A stretch of DNA of 63,986 nucleotides, filler included, from Octopus bimaculoides (GCF_001194135.2; 6 parts of 6 records of this genome joined end to end with filler, not necessarily neighbours in it); one strand, 5' to 3'. Numbered from the whole stretch's first letter, positions 37,046-50,390 are shown. Translations and numbers: made by a program. Notes: generated by a model not told the origin, from the letters alone.

Positions 37046-37274
37046 TAACATTAATAATTATGCCAAGTAAGTATTATGCTTGTAGGCATGTATGTATGTA
37101 TATATGTATGTATTTATGTATGTATGTATGCATGTTTGTATTATGTATGTATGCATGCATGTATGTATGCATGTATGCCTTCTCTTTCTCTTCATAATTT
37201 AGAGTAAATTTTGACCGGCCACCGAGTTGGTTTAGTAAGGTTGTGAAGGAAAGTATCTTTATTTAACCGCCATC

Positions 37275-37924
37275 CTTCAAATCTTAAGAAGGGCTTGCAG
37301 ATTTTTATAGTTTCAAATGTCATGATCGTTTATAGCCTATTCCAAGTTCAGTCATACTTTGCTCCAAAGGGTTGGTATATATTCTGTTGCTCCAATAATA
37401 ATGGTAATCCAGCTGCTCTAATAATCTTTGCTTTGCGGGAGTAACTGATTTGACGAAGACGCATCTAGTCCTAACGCTCGCAATGCGGAGTAGATAAAAC
37501 AGCGGACAACTGATGAAGGGATTGTTCTTTATGTTGCCTGTCTCGTTTGTTTCTTTCGTTGTCCTCTTTCTTTTGTATTTTTCTAACCACACTCGTGTCC
37601 AGGGGAAGCTGATTTCCACAACAGAACATATTTTTCTTTGTGGTCCCACACAACGATGTTTGGTCGGTTGTGTTTTAACTTAGGCTGTTTTAATTTTCAA
37701 GTACCACTAGTATCCTTTTAACCCATCGGTCTCAATATGGTCAACTCTGTAAGTATTCTCCATTTTTGTTATCCTGTTTCAGAAACGTTCTGCCCGCTGT
37801 ATCATGTCTCATGGGAAGATAATATCTGGTAGACATTCTCTCACCATTGGCAATAATGTGGTTAATGTCTTCAGTCTTGGTCTTGCACAGTTACATTTAT
37901 TATCTGTCAACGTTTTCTGTCTTT
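37275..37924 (-). mobile_element. R4/Dong-like RLE non-LTR retrotransposon, 3' part (zinc knuckle and endonuclease)
   Basis: Minus strand: DNKC..TEDINHII..MSTRYYLPMRHD; KHNRPNIVVWDHKE..CSVVEISFP; PIIIGATEYIP; ETIKICKPFL. Multiple frameshifts. Confidence 0.85.
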
Positions 37925-38686
37925 GGATCTTTGGGGTTTGACGGGCAACATTTGTTTTCTTAACGAAACACTTTCAAACTTGGGACACTGATAGAATGTG
38001 TCATATAAAACAACTTCTTCTCTTAACCTTCCTAACAAAATTTTGTACATCGCAAGTTATTTCATGTTAAAGTTGTCGTATTTCTGTAATTTCAACCAAT
38101 CACTGACGTCTATTCAGCTGAATATAGTTACTGCTGTCCAGTCATAAAAATGTTATGCTCTGTGACATATTTCATCCGGTTTAATCGTAATTTATACGCA
38201 TATATTGTTTATATAATAAATTACGCTGTGCGTATCTGTGTGTGTNNNNNNNNNNTAACCCTAACTCTAAAACCCAAACCCTAACCCTAAACTAGAGTTT
38301 GATTTAAAGAAGATTTGGCTGCTATTTCTAGGAAATGAAGCACTTGGAGGTGCATTAATAATTCTGCCAGCTCCAATAACAAGTGCAGGCAATATTCAAG
38401 TATTTTGATGGCTTTTCGCCCTTTGTTTACGAACAGTCTAGTTAATCGGAAATGTCAGAACTAACGGGGATTAATACGATATACACCGTTACAGCGCTAA
38501 CTGTTTTCAACTGAATAGACGTCAGTGATTAGTTGAAATTATCGAAATAAGACAATTTTTAACGTGAAATAACTTCGAATACAACATTTTTTATCTGTTC
38601 TATACCACAAAATATACGAAGTTTGAAAGTGTTTCGGTACCAAAAACACTACATAAAAAATGTTGCTCGTCAAACCCCAAAGATCC
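37925..38686. mobile_element. MITE of the same GG/8-bp-TSD family, different TIR subtype
   Basis: TIR GGATCTTTGGGGTTTGACG(G/A)GCAACATTT; TSD CTGTCTTT (37917-37924) / CTATCTTT (38687-38694); subterminal arms homologous to 28923-29498; CCCTAA-like repeats at 38256-38290. Confidence 0.9.
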
Positions 38687-39065
38687 CTATCTTTTATATT
38701 GTAGATACTTTGTAGGGATCTCTTGTTTTTGGATTGCATGGATGTAGCCTTCAAAGTGGGATGAAATAAACTTGTCGGTATTCCATGTCAAGCTGCTGAC
38801 ATGATCAGTCCTTTCTATGGTTTGTGTTTTATGTGCCAAGTACCCGTGTATTATCTTCTCAGTGAACTGGTTCTTCTGATAAATAGATTTTAGCAATGCT
38901 CCTTGAGGAGAGATCTGTATCAGTTCTTATTTCACCAAGTTCATTAGCTATCCTAATTATGTTGTTGATTTCATGGTCACAAACCTGGGTAAGATAGTTA
39001 CTGGTCTCTTCCCTCTGCTGCAGATGTTGTTTCAATGTCACAATCCGTGCTTCATATGACATCAA
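38687..39065 (-). mobile_element. R4/Dong-like element, upstream part of the same copy
   Basis: SYEARIVTLKQHL..IHGYL..SLTWNTDKFISSHFEGYIHAIQKQEIPTKYLQYKR, matching the post-RT motif of R4-clade ORFs. Confidence 0.85.
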
Positions 39066-39111
39066 TACAGATCGTACATACATACATGCATACATACATG
39101 CTTCATATATA

Positions 39112-39535
39112 CGAAGGCGCATGGCTCAGTGGTTAGAGCGTCGAGCTTACGGTCGTGAGGTTGTGAGTCCGAATCCCGGATCGGGCTGCGTGTTGTGTTC
39201 TTGAGCAAGACACTTTATTTCACTCAGCTGTAGAAATGAGTTGCGACGTCACAGGTGCCAAGCTGTACCGGCCTTTGCCTTTCTCTTGGAGAACACTGGT
39301 GGCGTGGAGAGGGGAGGCTGGTATGCATGGGCGACTGCTGGTCTTCCATAAACAACCTTGCCCGAACTTGTGCCTGGGAGGGTAACTTTCTAGGTGCAAT
39401 CCCATNNNNNNNNNNGGGAGGCTGGTATGCATGGGCGACTGCTGGTCTTCCATAAACAACCTTGCCCGAACTTGTGCCTGGGAGGGTAACTTTCTAGGTG
39501 CAATCCCATGGTCAGTCACGACCGAAGGAGGTCTC
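39112..39535 (+). mobile_element. tRNA-derived SINE family D
   Basis: GAAGGCGCATGGCTCAGTGGTTAGAGCG..GAGTCCGAATCCC head, GTGTTCTTGAGCAAGACACTTTA, and a (GTAT)n tail. Confidence 0.88.
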
Positions 39536-40204
39536 AGTATATGTATGTATGTACGTATGTATGTATGTATGTATGTATGTATGTATGTATGTATGTATGT
39601 ATGTATGTATGTACGTGTGTGTGTATGTATGTATGTATGCATACACACACTCACACATACACATACACGCATATATATCCACACTCACACATTACATAAT
39701 GATTTCAATTTATGCAATATCACAAAATTTCTCTTGCATGTTTTTTCAAGTTTACTTCACCAAAAGATAAATCACGGATATCTCTACAGATAAATAGCCA
39801 AGCAGCATGTTGTAGTTCTCACGACATTGACGACATTGACGCTGAATGCAGCCAAAAAATATGAGCTCACAGTCCTTCAGTTGTTAAAGATGTTTACCCT
39901 CGCTGTATTTAGCTACAAATTTATTTTAGAACAAACCTAATTACATATTCTTGTGGATAATTAATTAGCACTTGTCTTTTGTTGTTGGAAAATTTGATCA
40001 AGTTGAAAATTATAAATAGAATATTCGCAAACAACGGCTGTCTTTTCGACTGTTATTTTAGACGAATTGCTATCAAGTCTTTTGGTCTTCATGACTCTTT
40101 TACAGAAAATATAATTTTCATAATGTAGGCAAGTTGCTTTCCGATATTTTATTATACGCGACAGGTCGTTGGTATTCAGAAAAGAAATGCAAGACTGTCA
40201 AATC

Positions 40205-40640
40205 TTTTTACTCTCTTTTACTCTTTTACTCCTTTACTCTTTTACTTGTTTCAGTCATTTGACTGTGGCTATGCTGGAGCACCGCCTTTAGTCGAGCAAA
40301 TCGACCCCAGGACTTATTCTTTGGAAGCCTAGTACTTATTCTATCGGTCTCTTTTGCCGAACCGCTAAGTTACGGGGACGTAAACACACCAGCATCGGTT
40401 GTCAAGCGATGTTGGGGGGGGGGGACAAATACAGACACACAAACATATACACACACATACATATATATACATATACATATATACGACGGGCTTCTTTCAG
40501 TTTCCGTCTACTAAATCCACTCACAAGGCTTTGGTAGGCCCGAGGCTATAGTAGAAGACACTTGCCCAAGATACCACGCAGTGGGACTGAACCCGGAACC
40601 ATGTGGCTGGTAAGCAAGCTACTTACCACACAGCCACTCC
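40205..40640 (-). mobile_element. SINE family B, full length, near-consensus
   Basis: Head at about 40640, core, internal (CA/TA)n, and an (AAAGAGTA)-type tail. Confidence 0.93.
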
Positions 40641-41675
40641 TGAAAATATAATTTTTATAATGTAGGTAAATTAATCATTGTAAAAATGGAACGCTATAGC
40701 ACCTCATTTTTTTCGTTAGAGATATTGGTTGTCGATATTCAGGGAAAAAATCTAAAACTGTCAAATAGTTTTAACTGAAAATGTAAGTTTTAAAATGCCG
40801 GCAAAATGGTCATTGTAAAAATGGAACTCGGTCGTTTCTTAATGTTTTATATCCAAAGACTGGTCGTTGGTATTCAGTAAAAGAATGTAAAACGGTCAAG
40901 TTTTTTGCTCATTACTCTTCTCAAAGGAGACAAAAACATACAGAAATTAAGGGACAATAGCAGACAAAATCTCAGGATGTAGGCAAACGCAAATCCTCTA
41001 TTACAATATAAGACAACATAAAATCTCTATATAATAACATCTGATATAAATGCTTGTTTGTAGGCTGGTTGATTGATTTAGCTAGTCACGCCTTCCTATC
41101 GTGTAGAGAGAGAGGGAGAGAGGGTGAAAGTGAAAAACAGAGAATTAATGTTAGAAGTGCAATATGAGTACACACATTAGGTTTGGTGGCAGGAAATGAG
41201 TAAAGGAATGCTAGTGAGAGAGATAGAAGCACAGAGGAGGAGGAGGAGGAGGAGGAGGAGGAAATGTCAGAGTAGTTGGCTGTTGTTGAAAAAAGGCTTC
41301 GTAATAGTTAATATTTATTAGAATGAAATTTTCCTTAGCTGCTTTTCAAGTAAGCTGCTCGTTAGCAGAGTAAACTGCTTTTGTTTTTTTTTGCATTAAT
41401 CACTGAAGTAATCGCTAACAAAAGGATTTGTAGCAAACTGTTCAAATGAATATATCACTGCAATTGCTACAATAATATTAGTACACTTTCTCCATCATGG
41501 GTAATATCTGGAAATACAGCATAGATACAATAATTATAACTTAACTTTTTATAAAATTACCGTTGGCAGCAAAAGTATACTTCCAAAGTTACCCATCATA
41601 TGGCGAGTAACATCGATTGTAATAATAATTGTGTTTAATATCGGCCGAAGGTCTAAAACTCTGGGGAATAGGGCT

Positions 41676-41850
41676 AATCAGTTAAATTAAATCCTGTACT
41701 CGACTGGTACTTTATTTTATCGATTAAGGAAGAATGAAAAGTAAAGTTGGCTTCTGCGAGAATTGACCTCCGAAAGCAAAGAGCCGGGGAAATATCACGA
41801 TGCATTTTTTCCGACGCTTTAACGATTCTGTCAAGCCACTTGCCTTTTGA
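41676..41850 (-). mobile_element. SINE family A, old diverged copy
   Basis: Reverse complement of the head and central domain. Confidence 0.7.
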
Positions 41851-41859
41851 AGATATAAT

Positions 41860-43440
41860 ACCTTCAGACCAAGCTGCACTCAATTTAATAAACGTGTGGA
41901 GAGACATTAATTTTGTGCAACATACCAGTAAGTTCGACTATATCACTCGGAAATCTAGCCCGGATGCACTCCACAGTTCCACAAAGAACTGAAGGTTTTA
42001 CCCTTATAACGATTTACCTGGGAGAAAAAGTGACCTTCAGTAAAAATCTTAGCTTATCATCAAGCCACCAGAACTAGACTTCAAGTGGGCGGTGAAATGT
42101 GTGGTTTTTGAAGACCTTGGCACACTGCTAGAAATAAAAAGATTCCGAGCAGAAAATTAGATTGGGATGGGGTTGGAGTTTTTGATTCAGGTGAAACCCG
42201 AGACACTAGACAAAATCCCTTACCTAGACAAAATCCCAGGAAGGCAGAATCTGCAGATGGTTATGGAGTGTAGAAGGACTCAACGCTACAACTGTGGAAG
42301 TACCAATCACTTCAAGGTTTTCTGCTCCCAACAACACCAGAAAATGATAATTGAAAGGCATCCACTACCGTCAACAAAACAAGTTCAACATCAACAACAA
42401 TAGCAGACAACCACAACGCAAATAATCACAGTAACTACAACAACAGCATGCAGATTGCAGCAACAGCTGCAAGACAGGAAGCATCAGCTACAACACCAAC
42501 GGGAACAACAATACTAAGAGTGGAATCAACTGCAGCAAAAGCAACAAAAGAATACCATCCTCTATATCCTCCACATCACCACCAACAACAGCAACAGAAA
42601 ACCCTTAATGAACAACAAAACAAAAACACACTGATCCCAAGATATTCCCTTTCCCGCATGGGGCCACTTAGATATATCATGCGGAAGCGGTAACGCTGAG
42701 GAGTCTAAACGGCAAAAAGTTACTTATGCAAAATAACGAAGAAACGAAAACATACCTACAAAAAGAACTTGCAGATATAAACAACTGGAGGAGTGCTTTT
42801 GAGCAATAATGCGCCAACACGACCCCAACAGCAGCTACACTAGATCTATCAATACTATCGCCCTCATCATCATTACCACTACAGTCACAGACACCACTAT
42901 TATAAGCACAAGAACAACTAATTTGCACTAACAACAGTCATAACACATCACCCAACACGAACAAAAATAAATTATTACCTACACGGCCATAAACACGTTA
43001 TTTAAAAAAAACTAATGGATCACATGCACTAGCTTACAAGCATCGCACACAATAATTGCATTACATTAACAAATAACATTCCAGCATGCATAAAATCATC
43101 CAAATACAATACACCTACATCTTTAAAAAATAAATGCCGAAGGAGTAGGAGACTTTAGTGGAAATATAAGCAAATATATAAAAAAAAAGTACAGCTTGTG
43201 AAAAAAACCCTACAACCAACCGGAGGGATGGAGAACCTGTCTTCAATAGGAATAAGATAGGTGGGGCTTTCACACCCTCCTTCTAATGGCTTTACTTAGA
43301 AGAGGTAGTATAATGCACCTAGCCTGGAGGTGCCTTAGAAGCAACTTGCTAAACTACCTTAGATCACTACAAACAGATGTGGTGGCCATCAGTGAGACAA
43401 AAATTTCTGAGCCACGAGTTTTCACACTTATTATCGGATG
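41860..43440 (+). mobile_element. Decayed 5' half of an L1/Tx1-like LINE (ORF1 and start of the ORF2 APE domain)
   Basis: Gag-type knuckle (R)YNCGSTNHFKVFC at 42284-42325, a Q/T/A-rich ORF1 tail, then LLNYLRSLQTDVVAISETK (APE DxxxLxET motif, 43376-43402). Confidence 0.75.
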
Positions 43441-44269
43441 ATAGATAGGGAGAGAGAGAGAGCATTTGCCCCAGTGTTCAGTGTGGTCATGGTTTTGTGG
43501 GGTTTCATAGAATCGTCCAGCTTTTTGTGAACCCGTATTGGTTAATAACGATGTCATCATCATCGTCATCGTCTTCGATGTCATCTTCAACATTATCATC
43601 ATCATCGTCATCATCATTATCATCTTCTAACTACAAAAAAAAAAGAAAAAAAGAAAAACGCGAAAAAGCATGATGTTATGAATGTTTCATAATTTGATAT
43701 ATACTTTGCAGAAACTATATAGTCAGTGATAAAACTAAAATCTAGTCGCATATCTAGAAACTTGTTTGGAAACACAGCTGTAATTACCAGGCCATATCTT
43801 CAGATAACGTCTAGATCGTGTATTGTGACGAAAACTACCAAAATTATATTTCTACTGTATAATGACAATAATCCCACCCTGTATCCTTTCATAAAATGTC
43901 AAAGGTACACGAACTCAACAAACCAGACAAGCCTAAATATTTTGAATTTGTTAATTTATGTAAAGCCAAGCATTCGCTCACTTTCATACCTTGTGATGAC
44001 GCATATTTTCACCTTGATGGGAAAATGAACAGTCATAACTATGTAAAAGGCAAAACAATTATTCTTAAATAGTTTAAGATTAATTCAGGAAACATCGTTG
44101 AAGAACAAGAAATATTCATCTGATCGTTATCTTGTTACGGCATGTTACAATCTCATCGAGTTAGAAAACGCTCATAAATAATAAATAAAACAAACGAGTT
44201 TTTATCCGAGTTTGCGCACCATTTTTACATTTTTGGGAAACCGCCACAAATATGTAATATCTTTTACTT

Positions 44270-44670
44270 TTTATCGTTTACTTGTTTCAATCACTGGACA
44301 GCGGTCATGCTGGGGCACCGCCCTGAAGAGCTGTAGTCGAACAAATTCATCTCATTACTTACGTTTATTTTTTGAAAGTGGTTATTCTGTTGGATTCTTT
44401 TGCCGAACTCCTAAGTTATGGGGACATACTCAAACCAATACCTGTTGTCAAATAGTGTAGGGAACACACACACGCACACATAAACACACACATACATACG
44501 TAAATACATACATACATACGGTGGTCTTCAACAGTGTTTCCGTCTATCAAATTTACTCACAAGGCATTGGTCGGACTGAGGCTATAGTAAAAGACATTTG
44601 CTTAAGGTTCCGTGCAGTGAGACTGAACCCAAAACAACGTGATTGCAAAGCGAGCTTCTGAACCACACAG
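44270..44670 (-). mobile_element. SINE family B
   Basis: Family B motifs in reverse complement. Confidence 0.85.
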
Positions 44671-45567
44671 CTATGTCTACACCTATATGTTTTTACAAAT
44701 ATTTTTACAGCTAAAGACGTTAGTTTTCTCGTAGATGTCCAAGTGAACACAGACGAAATTTGCATTGAGGACACTAAATCATATTTCATTGACGTGTTTC
44801 CCATGCGTGGAGGCCAGGCTTCCTTGGAGAGGTATGACCATGCCCCCTTTTAAGGGGACCTGTAATAATTGAAATTTTATACTTTTATACTTCCCACGTT
44901 ATGGAAACAATCTGGCGTATAATAGATACACAACTAAAACTATCAAGTTCACAGTAAACACCTGGCCTGAACAAAAGTGTCTACGTAAACAGAGACTGTT
45001 TAGTCTGCATTCAAATTTTAAACTGCACGCCATCGGTTTAAAACTTAATATCTTAACAATAACTTAATATAATTTACAAATACCTATGAATTTGTAAAAT
45101 TAAAGGCGCAGGCGAAACTGTATGGTAAGAAGCTTGCTTCCCAACCACATGATTCTGGGTTCAGTCTCACTGCGTAGCACCTTGAAAAGGTATCTTCTGC
45201 TATAGTTTTGGGCTGACCAAATTTTGTTAAATACAGCAGTTTGCGTGCCCCTTTTCAATCTTCTCAGGGTCCCTTTCCTACGAGAAACGGGGCAAACCAG
45301 GTTGGCTTCAGTTGAGCTTTGGCCTCAATTTTACCCTGATCAATTTGTCGGCCATATTTTTACTACTCCTCACTGACTCCTCTAAGGAAGCTAACACTTC
45401 ATGGGGTCACACTCCTCCGAGGGAATTGTGCCCTCCAAAGTGACCAATCCCCGCCAAGGAGCTGTAGATCTCAAACTGACAAATACCGGAACAACTACCC
45501 GCAAACACACACACACGCATGCGCACACACACGCATGCGCACACACACGCACACACACGCACACACA

Positions 45568-45626
<59 letters not shown>

Positions 45627-46838
45627 TATAAGTGGTATTTCTTCACTAGGAAACAAACTAGGGTTTGCTCTTCACCCCATTAGTTCTTTTTCCCCCATGA
45701 TATTTGACAACATTAAAACAGTATAAAACTACCTTAATTTTATAAAAAGCAGTTTTATACTTTTCTCCGCGATTTGCTCATCCCCTTCCCCATTCTGCTT
45801 TACTTGGCTGCTCGATCTGCTAAAAATAGCGACCAAAATTTCCCTCATATCACGCCGTATCGTCTTGAGCAAAAAATGTAAAGTAAGTAAATACTGCCTC
45901 GAATCCTACGACTCATAAAACCCGTTACCCAGTTTCCGTCGCGTCTGAGTAATCGAAATCACAATATTACCCCTTGAACGGGACGCCAGGATGTCACAGG
46001 GTTACTAGTTTAAAGCTGGAGCAACAAGAAACGAAATGTTTTGTTCAAGAATACAACGCACCGCCTGGTCCGGGAATAGAAACAATGATCTTACGGTCGT
46101 GAGTGCAAGACTCTAACTACAAGGTTACGTATTTACACTGAAAATAAAGCGATAACACTTTTAATAATGATGTCCTATATATAAACTTAGACTGAGGAAA
46201 AGTACAGATGATTGTACCTGTCTAGTGTGCCTTTGATCACAGTTCTCCTTTATTAGGATTCACCTATGACTAAACAACAACAGCAACAACAACAACATCA
46301 TCATCGTTTACGACTCCATAATTAATAGATTGCTAACATTGCAGCCAAAAGATAAGAATTTCTGTTCAGTGTCAGGAAATATTTCAGGCCTGATTAGTTG
46401 CTGACCCTCTGCTTCTAAGTGCATATATGTCGTACATTACAGTAAATTACTATCACGCTCAAATAATCCAGACAACATACCGGTACAGATCATCCAGCAG
46501 ATTGACAAAGGCTTACTTACCCTCACCTCTACAAACCTTTTGCCGTCTGACGAGCTGTTCTCTTATTTTTTCTTCTTTTGTTAATTATTTTATTGTTTGT
46601 ATAAAGACTATATTTTATATGTATTATGTAATATATAATAATACATATACGATATATAATGTAATACAATATAGTATTGTGTGTGCGTGCGTGTATGTGT
46701 ATATGCGTATATATACACACACACATACATACATACATGAGGACTTTTGGTCGATATCTGATGAGGGATGAACATGTCAGCATCTTGTGTATTTTTCTGT
46801 TCCCTTGTCGTCCTCCTGAGCAATTTTTTGAAATCTTA

Positions 46839-46869
<31 letters not shown>

Positions 46870-46880
46870 CATACATACAT

Positions 46881-47406
46881 AAGAACCCACAGGATGGTGG
46901 AAGCCATAACCACTCATAATAAAAAAGAGTACTGGTAGAATGTCCACCAGTGAAAACCTCAATAAAATGTAAACACAATAGACCTGATATAATGATTTGG
47001 GATAGAGAAGAGAAACTATGTACAGTTGTGGAAATCATCTGCCCACTGGATGTTAACATAAAGCTGGAGATGAGTGAAAAAAGTGAATACCTACACTGTG
47101 CTATTGGGAAATTTGTGGTTACTCTAATCAGATTATAATTTCAGGTTTATACCTGTAATCATTGGGACATTGGGATATGTGACATGCTACCTAAATACCA
47201 ATCTTGAGAAACTAGGCTTCTCAAAACCAGAAAGAGGAAAGCTAATTCGAAGATTACAGATCCAAGCCATCACTGGAACTGTGGAAATCTGTAAAACTTT
47301 CCAGAAGTTAATTATTTAAATATATATGACCCTGTCTAGATATGTAACTATATGCATGAGAATATATACATAAAGCATACAAATCTGCACATACATACAT
47401 ACATAC
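46881..47406 (+). mobile_element. 5'-truncated R4/Dong-like element (RLE domain and 3' UTR)
   Basis: KTSIKCKHNRPDIMIWDREEKLCTVVEIICP (PD-(D/E)xK) ...IPVIIGTLGYV...RRLQIQAITGTVEICKTFQKLII* (stop at 47317-47319); (ACAT)n on both sides. Confidence 0.88.
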
Positions 47407-48634
47407 AAAAATACCGCGTTGTTGAAATTCCAATGAAGGAGCCTTGGATCTAGGTTAGAAACCGGCTCTTTCTCTATTGGCAAATAAAACTGAATAATGA
47501 CATTATATATATAATTATATATANNNNNNNNNNNNNNNNNNNNNNNNNNNNNNNNNNNNNNNNNNNNNNNNNNNNNNNNNNNNNATAATAAAAATGAAAC
47601 AATATACATGAAGTACAGGACATCATCAGCGAGCGAAAAATACGTGAACACACAACGAGAGACAACTACGGGACAAAATACAAAAGAAGTCTAACTCCTC
47701 CTCAGTTGTCGACTGTTTATTACTACCTGTTTCGTGCTTTTAACGACAAGACAGGAAAACTTCATAAGACAGCAGTATCCAGAAATTTTTAAAATAAAAA
47801 AAATTGTGGAGAGTTAGGGCTTCGAACGAATAAACGACACCAGAGTGGACGTATGGAAACGATCGACGAAGACAACACATATATACATACACACCTCAAT
47901 ATGTACAGTCATACATATCTATCTAGCTATCTATCTGTCTCTTCGTTCTCTTTCCCCTCTCCATACATAGATGTGTGTATGTAAGCATCCTAAATTGATG
48001 AAGAGTAGCCGGTGCGCAGAAAAAGCTGTTGAAATATATGAAATACAGTCTCAGGCAAATAGGAAAGATATTGGTTGCATGCATAAACCTGTGCACACAA
48101 AATTGTTGACATTTTGATAGAACTTCATAGTGGTACAAAATCAAAAGTAAACTATTGTCTGCAATTGTTGCTGAAAACGAAATGTAGCAAGGAGACATTT
48201 TGCCCCCTTTTTCCTTTGTTTTCTTCCTCATATTATTTCGCTGTAACTCTCATAATTGCTTTTCCAGGATTGTCATATTGTTCCTTCGTTTTCTTGTAAT
48301 CGACATTTATTTATTTATTTATTTATTTATTTATCTCTTGACTCGGGTAGCCTCAAAGCGAAATCCATATCAGCTACAACATCTAGCTGTGTTTTCAGAA
48401 AGTGACATGCAGTGAATTTTCTGTGACTCATAAGACAGCTGAAAACAAAATGGCTACTTATACGTGTCACTGGAAATCCTCACAAAACATCGAAGTTATC
48501 AGCATTTACACGAAGCACTAATCTTTTTTGTGATTGATCAGTTCATTTATTTGCTTTCATATTTCGCTACTTTGAACGAGAAAAATTAGTGGCTTTTACA
48601 GGTTGCATGACCGAATGTGTTTTTGCCTTTTCCT

Positions 48635-48706
<72 letters not shown>

Positions 48707-48716
48707 TGTTTTCTGC

Positions 48717-48755
<39 letters not shown>

Positions 48756-49115
48756 TAAATGCTTAATCATGTCGAGTTATATATAAAAACATTTTAGCAT
48801 TAAATTGAAGGTTTACTCAATACATTTTCGTTTTACAAGGAAGAAGATGACAGAGACTTCGAAGTTTCGGTTTGCTCGCCTAACCACCCCCATGTACGCA
48901 TACAAAATACTGTGATGTATAAGTATTTTAAGTTCTAACACTTTCTTTATTTGTACAACTACAGTTAAACGGAAACATCAAATATATGCTTAATTTGTGT
49001 GTGTATGTATGTGTGTATGTGCGTTTGTGTGTGTGTGTATGTGTGTGTGTGTGTGTGTGTGCTTTTATACTTCTTAGTGTATTCATTTGTTTATCAGATA
49101 ATGTTTCCATCATGT

Positions 49116-49550
49116 AAGGCGGTAAGCTCGCAGAAACGTTAGCACCCCGGGCGAAATGCTTAGCGGTATTTTGTCTGCCGTTACGTTCTGAGTTCAAATT
49201 CCGCCGACGTCGAATTTGCCTTTCATCCTTCGGGGTCGATAAATTAAGTACCAGTTACGTACTGTGGTCGATGTAATCGGCTTAATCCTTTTGTCTGTCC
49301 TTGTTTGTCCCCTCTATGTTTAGCCCCTTGTGGGTAATAAAGAAATAAAAAACGTTAGCACGCCGGGCGAAATGCTTAGCGGTATTTCGACTGTTTTTAC
49401 GTTCCAAATTCAAATTCCGCCGAGGTTGACTTTGCCTTTCATCCTTTCTGAGTCGATAAATTAAGTACCAGTTGCGTACTAGGGTCGATCTAATCGACTG
49501 GCCCCTTCCTTCAAAATTTCGGGCTTTGTGCCTAGATTAGAAAAGAATAT
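49116..49550 (+). mobile_element. Tandem/nested pair of family A SINEs
   Basis: The alternative-tail copy (49116-49345) is followed by a copy restarting at AAACGTTAGCAC. Confidence 0.9.
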
Positions 49551-49905
49551 TTGCATCATGTAAAAAATAATATTTTCATATACTTTACAACAACTACTTT
49601 TCACTACGTATATAGACGTGGCTGTGTGGAATAGCCGCTATAGCCTCGGGCCCACCAAAGCCCTGTGAGTGGTTGGCGGAAACTCAAAGAAGCTCGACGT
49701 ATGTGTGTGTGTAAATGTAAGATCCAAGGATCTAAGTAAAAGCTTCGAGCAGTCCGAAGCAGTCTGTTTTATTCGTATGTTACCCTTCTTTCCTTTCTAG
49801 TCAGCACCGTGCATTCCTTACTCTTTCCCTCTCTACTGGCAGACAGCCACTTCTACACTATCAACTACCAGCCAGCGAGCGAACTTGTCACTGCCACTAC
49901 AATTA

Positions 49906-50390
49906 CCGTATTTTCCGGTGTATAAGCCGCTATTTTTAGTGTACGGCTTATAGAAAGGTGCGCCTAACATGTGTACTTTTTTTATAAGTTTCAGGAGGAA
50001 AATAATTTGTGAATGGCGATCGACTGATTCCACTGATTTTTTCAGAGGAAAGGTCGGTTGGTGAACAACGTGAAAGATTACGGCTACATTGGTGCCTGGA
50101 AGAAAACAAAGCATATTTGTTTTGTTTTACCTTCATGTTTTGATAATGTTATTTTTAATCTAATAAAGACTTTTATATTGATGAAATGTGTTTGTTGTTG
50201 ATTATAGTAAGATAAAACAATAACAATGATAATACATCTCATAGTTGTAAAAAAAGTCATCTTGAACCTACATACCCATCAACAACAAAAAAGCTAGGTC
50301 TCTATAGGTCTTTTAAACACCGGTGTGCTTTAAGTGTAGGTAAGCCCAATTTTTCCCCCAAAATTTGACCCTGCGGCTTAAATACCGATG
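49906..50390 (+). mobile_element. Tc2/pogo-like DNA transposon remnant
   Basis: TA|CCGTATTTTCCGGTGTATAAGCCGC terminus and repeated GCGGCTTA subterminal motifs; the right end was not found. Confidence 0.55.

Noticed and set aside
39112-39190. Functional tRNA genes at SINE 5' ends
   Set aside because: A/B boxes are present, but they continue into SINE bodies and lack a closed cloverleaf.
47420-47470. Hairpin plus GAAAC downstream of the R4-like element as a ribozyme
   Set aside because: The core reads CCAATGA rather than CTGANGA.
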